From NCBI GenBank assembly GCA_002713205.1, contig PAVW01000015.1:11791-24290 (forward strand): a stretch of DNA of 12,500 nucleotides. The letters are read 5' to 3'. Below are positions 6,289 through 12,500 of this stretch, one piece after another. The notes under the pieces were generated by a model, which worked only from the letters and a program-made list of their open reading frames with translations, was not told the DNA's origin and did not search any database. The stretch comes from Nitrososphaerota archaeon. GTDB lineage: Archaea; Thermoproteota; Nitrososphaeria; Nitrososphaerales; UBA57. Each line of letters begins with the position of its first letter. The stretch's first letter is position 1. The position numbers and the translations under genes were made by a program.

Positions 6289-7374
6289 ATGGAACGTGTT
6301 GTACTTCATATTGATCTCGATTATTTTTATGCGCAAATTGAGGAAATACATGACCAATCAATTCAAAACAAATCAATAGTAATTTGCCAATATTCAGGTC
6401 GAACTGAAGACAGTGGAGCAGTAGCCACTACAAATTACATAGCTAGAAAATATGGAGTAAAATCAGGAATTTCCATTAAACAGGCAAAACAATTACTTTC
6501 AGGAAAGGAATCTGTATTTATTGCAGCTAATCATGAATTATACGAATCTATTTCTAATTTAATTATGAATATTATTCGCAAATATAGTTCTAAATTCGAG
6601 CAACTTAGTATAGACGAAGCATGTATTGATATTACATCTATTATAGATGGAAACTACGAATATGCAAAGGACATTGCTATTAAAATAAAAAACGAAATCA
6701 AACAAGAAGAAAATCTAATTTGTTCTGTTGGAATTGGACCAAATAAATTAATTGCAAAAATGGCAGCAGATTCCAATAAACCAAATGGCTTGACCATTTT
6801 ACCGCCATCTAAAGTTAAACCCTTTCTTTTTCCTCAAAATGTAAAATCACTATACGGCGTTGGTCCAAAAACACATTCTAAACTAAAAACATTGAAAATT
6901 GAAACGATTGAACAACTAGCTAAATGCAACTTGGATGTACTAATCAAACATTTTGGACATAAATTTGCTATATATCTACACCTTTCATCTTCTGGAGTTG
7001 ATGACGAACCAGTTAGAGAAAAACCAGTAGATCAAATAGGACGAATATTTACACTGAAAGAGGACACAAAAGATTTTACAATAATTAAACAAACTATAGA
7101 AACTCTTTCAAAGGATGTTTATTTACAACTCCAAGAACAAAATCTCACCTTCAAATCGGTGGGTATTACTGCAATACTAGAAGACATGAATACTTGTCAA
7201 AGGACCAAGACTTTTGAAATTTCTCATAATTCTTTAGATATTATAATTAATACCTCACAAAAATTATTTTTGAATTTTCTAAATCAAGAATCAAAAAAAA
7301 TTCGTCGTGTTGGCATCAAAGTTTTTCATTTTAGTAAAAACACAGGACAAACTAAACTTTTCGACTTTAATTAA
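6289..7374 (+). CDS. dinB: Y-family DNA polymerase IV (DinB/Dpo4-type translesion polymerase)
   Basis: Catalytic motifs HIDLDYFYAQIEE and SIDEACIDIT, GIGPNKLIAKMAAD, and the helix-hairpin-helix LYGVGPKT. Length is 361 aa. Confidence 0.9.
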   Translation: MERVVLHIDLDYFYAQIEEIHDQSIQNKSIVICQYSGRTEDSGAVATTNYIARKYGVKSGISIKQAKQLLSGKESVFIAANHELYESISNLIMNIIRKYSSKFEQLSIDEACIDITSIIDGNYEYAKDIAIKIKNEIKQEENLICSVGIGPNKLIAKMAADSNKPNGLTILPPSKVKPFLFPQNVKSLYGVGPKTHSKLKTLKIETIEQLAKCNLDVLIKHFGHKFAIYLHLSSSGVDDEPVREKPVDQIGRIFTLKEDTKDFTIIKQTIETLSKDVYLQLQEQNLTFKSVGITAILEDMNTCQRTKTFEISHNSLDIIINTSQKLFLNFLNQESKKIRRVGIKVFHFSKNTGQTKLFDFN

Positions 7375-7395
7375 TCGATTCTTAATAATACCAAA

Positions 7396-7405
7396 ACTAT
7401 AAATT
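7396..7405 (+). promoter_or_regulatory. TATA-like box (ACTATAAATT) for the UPF0182 gene
   Basis: Centred about 32 nt upstream of ATG 7433. Confidence 0.35.
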
Positions 7406-7432
7406 ACAAACCCCAATAATCATATAATTACA

Positions 7433-10330
7433 ATGAGTGATAATGCAAATTCATTCCCTAAACCTGAATCTCGTAGACTATTCTGGATTCTACCAATTAT
7501 TTTATCAATTATTATAATTTTTTCTTTTATGGGCCAAATTCTGGATTTCTGGCTCAATTACAAAGAATTTGGTGATATATACATACGCCCTCTGTATTTT
7601 GGAATAATCGGCGGAACAATTTTAGCAATGGTCTCTTTTGTAAGAATTGACATTAAAAATCGCAGATCTATAATTTGGTGGCTTCTTGATATAGTAATAC
7701 AAGTTGTTCGCAAACCCAATGATTTTGATAATCCAAAAATAAATATCCAAGACTTTCGTAATTTTTCACTTACTCCAGGTAAATTTGTATTATGGCAACT
7801 AACAAAACTCATTATTATTTCAACATTCTTCCTTAACATGAATGTAGGAATGGCACTTTCGGGGATGTCACAAGGATGGCAATCTGGTTTATCACACATT
7901 CCAAAATTGCTATTATTCCCGTTTATAACACCAACACCTGGTTTTGCAGAACAAAATGTAATTCCTATGATTCCTGCTTTAACATTAATAGTGTATCCGT
8001 TATTAAATTCACTAGGAACAAGATTAGTAATTCTTGTAGGGCTTACCCAACTTCTAAAAGGAATGTCTTCAACAATTATTGAATTCGGTGGTGAACTTCG
8101 AACAGGAAATGACAAATTTGGAGTTGGACCTGATCTAAGCCAAATTAAACTTCCAATATCTACAATAGAAGCATTAATTGCACTGTTTCTCTTTTGGACA
8201 GGTTTTAATTTATTTTTCCCATCATACATTGATTATAATTCTAAATTTATAATTGGAGGATTTTTTGCAGCGGGTATTGCCTTTTCAATTTTCTCCTATT
8301 TAGATTCACCAAAAACAAAACGACTATTCAAACCTTCACGCATTAATTCTATACGTATAGGATCATTACTTCTAATCGGCTTGTTGGTTGGTTCTGCAAT
8401 AGCAGTCCAAGGTAGTATAGCAGATGCCAGAAAAGTAGAGTGGAATGGACCATATACAGATCAAGAAATCGCCGTAAACCGATACTTGGCGAATCTTGGC
8501 AACGTTGATGAAATTCCATATAATTTTAGCCTTACACCACTTTCACGAGATGAAATACGTCCGTATATTGATGAGAATGCCGAACTTTTAGACAAGATTC
8601 GCTTATGGGATCTTGCAGGTGCTGATGCAAAGTTAAAACCTGAAATTGGATTGATTCCATATGTTGACTTTCAGGATACTGATATTCTAAGATTTAACGG
8701 TTCGCTGTATTGGAGCTCTTCCATGAAACCAATACTGCCTGATACAGTTGAAGCAGCAAATGTTTGGTACAATCAACATCTTGTTTACACACATGTACCG
8801 AATGGCTTTCTTCTCCTCGACGGACATGACGGAAAGATAGTTGACACTCAAGACTTTTTCGACCAACGTAAAATTTACTATGGTGAAGGAGGCCTGTTCT
8901 CCGAAACATGGTCGGCATATCCTTCAGCCCGAGAATCCAGTGATGAATTAAATAATTATATGTATTCAGGTAGTGGCGGTATTGATATTTCTCCTCCGTT
9001 AAGTTGGCTATTCGAACCAAATTTCCTTCTTGCCAGACCTTTTGAAACAATACACGCGATGAGGTATAAAGACGTACATGAACGTATGGAGTTGTTATTC
9101 CCTTATTTTGTTTATAATATTGATGGAAGACCTATTGATATGTATCCAGTTACCGACGGCAAGGAGACTTATTGGCTTATGCCACTTATTACAGCATTAG
9201 ATACATCTAATGTTCCATGGAGTGACGGAAACTTTTTCGTTAGGCATGTAGGCTATTCATTAATTAATACCTATGACGGAAACATTTCTCTGTATATATT
9301 GGGAGATGACTATTACAGCGACTTGTTCAAAACACTATATCCAGATTACATTGAGAAAGACATTCCTGAATGGCTTAAAGAACAAACAAGGTATCCAGAA
9401 GAACTTTTTAATTATCGTGTGAATATGTACAACTTTTATCACATAACTGACTCTGCAACATTTATTGAGGCCAGAGAGTTCTTCGAAGTTCCTCCAAATC
9501 TTGACACATACTTCATCCTTGCAAAACCACCCGGTTTTGTTGAAAACGAATTCTTAGGACTCATCTCTTTACAATTACGTGGTTCTCCAGGACAAAACTT
9601 GGCAGGATATATGGTCGTTCGAAATAACTTTGAAAATTTGGGTGAAATGATATTCTATGAGGTTCCACTTGACGCCACGACGAAACTCTTGGGACCTACC
9701 GCCATTCTTGAAGCTTTGGAACGCAATCCTGATTTTGCTACCCTAAGGACATTGCTAAGGAATCCTCGTGTAGGTGATAATATATTGTACAGGGTGGGTG
9801 ACCATGATGTCTACTTTATCCCTGTTTATACTGCCGGAGCTGGTGGTGTTGTAACAAATTTGGGGACTGTGGCAGCTATTGGAGCCGCGTTCGATGGAGA
9901 ATATTATGTTGGTTTTGGAGACACACCCGAAGAGGCGTTTGAACAATTTCTACTCGAATTAAGTGGGGTTAGCGTTAAACAACTTCCTGATCCTGAACCA
10001 AAACCTGGACCAGAACCGGAGATTGTCAGACCAGACATTATCAGGGAAGGCATAAATGAACAAATCTTGGATATATTTTCGGACAATGGAATATCGGTGG
10101 TCACACCAGAAGAAATCCCGTCGCTGTTCAAGTTCAAGGAATTCCAGCTTGGAGAAGATGCTGATTCAGAAACAGTCCAATCTGTTGTAGACGACTTTAT
10201 CAACACTTGGATGAAGTCATTTGATGTAACAAGGATATACTACTGGACTGACGGAAACAGTGTGAATTATGGAGCCGTGATTAACGTCAATGGAGTTTCC
10301 GAATTGCATTACATTACGATTCTAAAATAG
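7433..10330 (+). CDS. UPF0182-family large integral membrane protein (function unknown)
   Basis: 965 aa with a multi-TM N-terminal third and a large soluble region. The motifs match my recollection of UPF0182 proteins such as M. tuberculosis Rv3193c: KIYYGEGG, YSGSGGIDISPPLSWLF, TRYPEELFNYRVNMYNFYHITD and YFIPVYTAGAGG. A Pro/Glu linker PDPEPKPGPEPE (nt ~9983-10021) precedes an extra ~100-aa C-terminal domain. Confidence 0.85.
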   Translation: MSDNANSFPKPESRRLFWILPIILSIIIIFSFMGQILDFWLNYKEFGDIYIRPLYFGIIGGTILAMVSFVRIDIKNRRSIIWWLLDIVIQVVRKPNDFDNPKINIQDFRNFSLTPGKFVLWQLTKLIIISTFFLNMNVGMALSGMSQGWQSGLSHIPKLLLFPFITPTPGFAEQNVIPMIPALTLIVYPLLNSLGTRLVILVGLTQLLKGMSSTIIEFGGELRTGNDKFGVGPDLSQIKLPISTIEALIALFLFWTGFNLFFPSYIDYNSKFIIGGFFAAGIAFSIFSYLDSPKTKRLFKPSRINSIRIGSLLLIGLLVGSAIAVQGSIADARKVEWNGPYTDQEIAVNRYLANLGNVDEIPYNFSLTPLSRDEIRPYIDENAELLDKIRLWDLAGADAKLKPEIGLIPYVDFQDTDILRFNGSLYWSSSMKPILPDTVEAANVWYNQHLVYTHVPNGFLLLDGHDGKIVDTQDFFDQRKIYYGEGGLFSETWSAYPSARESSDELNNYMYSGSGGIDISPPLSWLFEPNFLLARPFETIHAMRYKDVHERMELLFPYFVYNIDGRPIDMYPVTDGKETYWLMPLITALDTSNVPWSDGNFFVRHVGYSLINTYDGNISLYILGDDYYSDLFKTLYPDYIEKDIPEWLKEQTRYPEELFNYRVNMYNFYHITDSATFIEAREFFEVPPNLDTYFILAKPPGFVENEFLGLISLQLRGSPGQNLAGYMVVRNNFENLGEMIFYEVPLDATTKLLGPTAILEALERNPDFATLRTLLRNPRVGDNILYRVGDHDVYFIPVYTAGAGGVVTNLGTVAAIGAAFDGEYYVGFGDTPEEAFEQFLLELSGVSVKQLPDPEPKPGPEPEIVRPDIIREGINEQILDIFSDNGISVVTPEEIPSLFKFKEFQLGEDADSETVQSVVDDFINTWMKSFDVTRIYYWTDGNSVNYGAVINVNGVSELHYITILK

Positions 10331-10341
10331 TTAATAACGTT
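10331..10341 (+). promoter_or_regulatory. TATA-like box TTAATAA overlapping the palindrome TAACGTTA, upstream of the Cys-rich sORF
   Basis: TTAATAA (10331-10337) is centred about 25 nt upstream of ATG 10359. TAACGTTA (10334-10341) is a perfect 8-bp palindrome with imperfect AT arms and could be an operator. Confidence 0.35.
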
Positions 10342-10358
10342 AATTACTTGTGAAGCGT

Positions 10359-10427
10359 ATGGACCCAAACTGCTCTAACACAAATTGCAAATGTACTAAC
10401 TGTACTTGTGATCCTTGTACATGTTAA
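10359..10427 (+). CDS. 22-aa cysteine-rich peptide, metallothionein-like (MDPNCSNTNCKCTNCTCDPCTC)
   Basis: ATG 10359 to TAA 10425-10427. Seven Cys in 22 residues, three C-x-C pairs, no aromatic residues and no His. It has a promoter-like box at canonical spacing and an oligo-T tract downstream. It is too short for the supplied ORF track. Confidence 0.45.
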   Translation: MDPNCSNTNCKCTNCTCDPCTC

Positions 10428-10490
10428 ATAATTAAAAAACTAATTACTCCAAATTTTCACTTGAATTCTTTACATCAACTTTACCACACT

Positions 10491-10505
10491 TTATTTTTCC
10501 TTTTG
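10491..10505 (+). terminator. Oligo-T tract (TTATTTTTCCTTTTG), archaeal-type terminator candidate for the sORF and/or UPF0182 transcript
   Basis: T-rich run on the plus strand 64 nt after the sORF stop. Archaeal RNA polymerase terminates at oligo-T tracts. Confidence 0.3.
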
Positions 10506-10524
10506 ACTGTACGTTAATCCATCA

Positions 10525-11175
10525 TTATCTTTCAATTAATTTTACGTTTATATTTGATCTACAACATTCTGGAGAATTTTTAACCACACTTGATTTTTCA
10601 TATTGACTATTTATTATCTCAAATTTGTAATTTCCGTATGGTTCTTCCAATTTATTTTCCTCCCAAAGCCAGATTATTTCATATATTCCTGAATATTCTC
10701 TCGAAAATATATCACAATCCTCGTCTAAGAATAAATCATAACATGCCACTCGTTCAAACTTTATGTACTCTTCAGGTATTGTCAAAGTAGTTCCGTTAGG
10801 ATATGTTGCAATTATCTGTATATTATCCCTGTCTTCGTAATTGAATATCCCTCCGTATAACACCATTATGTTGCCTCGATAGAATTCTGAAGTTACGTAT
10901 TTGTTTTCTAACTCGATAATCTCTCCGTTTTCCGTAACATCTCCCCAAAATATCACATCCAATGTCGGAATATACAGTTCAACTTTCATTATCACTTCTT
11001 CTATTTTGTTTATTTCCTCAATGTATTGATAGTACTCGAATCCTCCTACTAGTAAAATTCCTATTAATCCCATTACTATTGCAGTTTTGTAGTTTATCCA
11101 CCTGCTAGCCTTACTTTGTTTCTTTTCAGGACCTCTTGTTGTGGAGAATCCTTGTTCTGAATTATTTTCTGTCAT
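10525..11175 (-). CDS. Hypothetical single-pass (type II) membrane protein with a Cys-containing extracytoplasmic domain
   Basis: Charged N-terminus (KKQSKASRW), then TM segment TAIVMGLIGILLVGGF, then a ~165-aa beta-rich-looking domain with Cys at VACYD, DEDCD and SPECCR. No family recognised. Confidence 0.7.
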   Translation of the reverse strand: MTENNSEQGFSTTRGPEKKQSKASRWINYKTAIVMGLIGILLVGGFEYYQYIEEINKIEEVIMKVELYIPTLDVIFWGDVTENGEIIELENKYVTSEFYRGNIMVLYGGIFNYEDRDNIQIIATYPNGTTLTIPEEYIKFERVACYDLFLDEDCDIFSREYSGIYEIIWLWEENKLEEPYGNYKFEIINSQYEKSSVVKNSPECCRSNINVKLIER

Positions 11176-11280
11176 TGTTTTTCAATAAAGTCTTGAAGTT
11201 CTGGACCTTTCATTTCCACACTACCTATTTGGAATATGACCAATCGGTGTTTTTACTCATTATTATTTACAACATTAAAA

Positions 11281-11290
11281 AAATATATAA
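11281..11290 (+). promoter_or_regulatory. TATA-like box (AAATATATAA) for the HAD gene
   Basis: Centred about 26 nt upstream of the TTG start at 11312, which supports the TTG start. Confidence 0.4.
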
Positions 11291-11311
11291 CTTGAGACTG
11301 AATTCACTCTA

Positions 11312-11950
11312 TTGAATATACACGGAATAATCTTCGATTTTGACGGTACGTTAATCGACACATTCGACACACATCTACGATCATGGAGAGAGGCATTTGA
11401 ATCTACAGGAACTACCATGAACAATGATGAATTCATCAAAAACTTTGGCAAATCTCACAAAGATTTTACTTTCAGCATAAATCCTTCTCTGACCAATTAT
11501 GATATTGATAAAATTATTCAAATCGAAAAAAAACTTATGAAGGAACGTTCCAATCAGTATACTCTTTTCCCAGAAACTTATCAAGTACTTGAAAAACTAA
11601 ATGAAAAGAACATCCAATGCATGATTGCTTCGTCCAATCCCAGACACGTAACCGAGCAACTGCTTGAACAATTTAAAATTAAGCACCTGATTGGCAAAGT
11701 GGTTGGACCCGACGACGTAAAAAATGGCAAACCCGCACCTGATATGTTGCTTTTTGCCCTAAAACACCATAACATTGATCCAAAACATTCGATTATGATT
11801 GGAGATACATCACATGATATTCTAGCTGGAAAAAACGCATCCACAAAGACAGCTCTCATACTCCGCCGTGAACATCAGGAAAGCGTGCTTGCAACCAATC
11901 CGGATTATGTGCTTACCAATCTTAAAGAATTATTCAAATTTTTAGATTAG
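11312..11950 (+). CDS. HAD-superfamily hydrolase, subfamily IA (phosphoglycolate phosphatase / beta-phosphoglucomutase-like)
   Basis: Motif I IIFDFDGTLIDT, motif II IASSN, motif III KNGKPAPD, motif IV IGDTSHDILAG. A TTG start is required because motif I begins at residue 7 and there is no upstream in-frame ATG. Confidence 0.88.
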   Translation: MNIHGIIFDFDGTLIDTFDTHLRSWREAFESTGTTMNNDEFIKNFGKSHKDFTFSINPSLTNYDIDKIIQIEKKLMKERSNQYTLFPETYQVLEKLNEKNIQCMIASSNPRHVTEQLLEQFKIKHLIGKVVGPDDVKNGKPAPDMLLFALKHHNIDPKHSIMIGDTSHDILAGKNASTKTALILRREHQESVLATNPDYVLTNLKELFKFLD

Positions 11951-12500
11951 GAATGATATTATCCTTGAACATTTCCATCTGATTTATTAATCCATTTTCA
12001 TTTTGTTCAAATCTATTTTCCTTGTTACTAAGAAAATATATTGCAAATCTGTTAAATCCCAAATCTACAAATCCTTGAATTTTATTACAGATGAACTCCG
12101 AATTACCATTGAAAACATTCCAATTCTTATCAAAATTATCCCCTGAACTAATTGACTCGTTCCCCTTCATATCAATGGACACGAACAACTCAATCGACTT
12201 GTCGACATTCAACTTATTGTATTTTATACAACTTTCATTTACCTTTTCTAGTAATAATGGATAGTTTGTATCCTTGTGACCTCCTGCTTCCCAAACATCT
12301 CCATGTTTTCCTAATAACTCAAGTATACCATCACTCTTTCCAGAGATTGTAATCGGAGGCCCATCTTTTTGCATTGGCACAACTTCTTGCCGTGCGCCAT
12401 TCAACTTAAAGTGCTCACCATTGAAATTTGTTTCATCATTCATCCATAAACTTTTGATGATTTCCAAACTTTCATCTAAAATTTTTAATCTTTCATTATG
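11934..12500 (-). CDS. Luciferase-like monooxygenase (LLM) family oxidoreductase, possibly F420-dependent; 5-prime partial, continues past the window end
   Basis: The reading frame stays open from 12467 to 12500 (HNERLKILDESLEIIKSLW...). The C-terminal LLM pattern is LEIIKSLW..E..NFNGEHFKL...P.Q.DGPPITISG...GDVWEAGG. The track start at 12467 is only an internal TTG. Confidence 0.75.
   Translation of the reverse strand, partial: HNERLKILDESLEIIKSLWMNDETNFNGEHFKLNGARQEVVPMQKDGPPITISGKSDGILELLGKHGDVWEAGGHKDTNYPLLLEKVNESCIKYNKLNVDKSIELFVSIDMKGNESISSGDNFDKNWNVFNGNSEFICNKIQGFVDLGFNRFAIYFLSNKENRFEQNENGLINQMEMFKDNIIPNLKI

Noticed and set aside
7558-8229. A 223-codon antisense ORF inside the UPF0182 gene. 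It is surprisingly long for an AT-rich genome.
   Set aside because: In this antisense register a stop arises only where a sense Tyr codon (TAN) follows a codon ending in T or C, or where a sense His/Gln codon (CAN) follows a codon ending in T. This transmembrane stretch contains only about 13 Tyr/His/Gln codons, and none has the required preceding base. The open frame is therefore explained by sense-strand composition. The predicted protein is low-complexity and has no start context or promoter.
10501-10519. A 19-nt near-repeat, TTTTGAC(T/G)GTACGTTAATC, shared between the spacer downstream of the 216-aa gene (10501-10519) and the HAD motif-I coding region (11338-11356). It could be a remnant of a decayed HAD gene copy.
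   Set aside because: With this AT-biased composition, I estimate on the order of one 18/19 match by chance in a 12.5-kb window counting both strands. Similarity fades within about 30 nt and does not continue into the rest of the HAD sequence.
1-12500. Searched the window for CRISPR repeats, IS or transposase and integrase genes, tRNA or rRNA genes, toxin-antitoxin pairs and known defence-system architectures.
   Set aside because: I found no regularly spaced direct repeats, no terminal inverted repeats, no recombinase-like ORFs, no T-arm or cloverleaf signatures, and no nuclease, ATPase or STAND-type domains. The gene content is housekeeping.

Overview
AT-rich archaeal chromosomal segment. 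I infer an ammonia-oxidising thaumarchaeon (Nitrosopumilales-like) from three things: an ESCRT-III/CdvB homologue, an archaeal-type geranylgeranyl reductase, and TATA-like boxes about 22-32 nt upstream of start codons, implying leaderless mRNAs. All family calls come from motifs read by eye in the translations; no database search was possible. Twelve long ORFs look real: a coiled-coil-anchored trypsin-like protease, HIT hydrolase, thioredoxin reductase, a small basic orphan, a DUF192 protein, CdvB-like ESCRT-III, geranylgeranyl reductase, Y-family DNA polymerase IV, a 965-aa UPF0182 membrane protein, a membrane-anchored orphan, a HAD phosphatase, and a luciferase-like (LLM) oxidoreductase that runs off the right edge. 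I see no rRNA or tRNA genes, CRISPR arrays, transposases, integrases or recognisable defence systems, so this is a housekeeping neighbourhood. The most interesting signals are small and fall below the ORF-track cutoff. (1) A 22-codon cysteine-rich sORF at 10359-10427 (MDPNCSNTNCKCTNCTCDPCTC) has its own promoter-like box and looks like a minimal metallothionein. (2) A hairpin-dense island of about 49% GC at 1895-1997, in an otherwise AT-rich convergent spacer, is a candidate structured RNA that I could not assign to a known class. Secondary curiosities are the protease architecture, AUGUG dual start contexts on two genes, start-codon revisions suggested by TATA spacing, and a 13-codon uORF overlapping a main start by ATGA.
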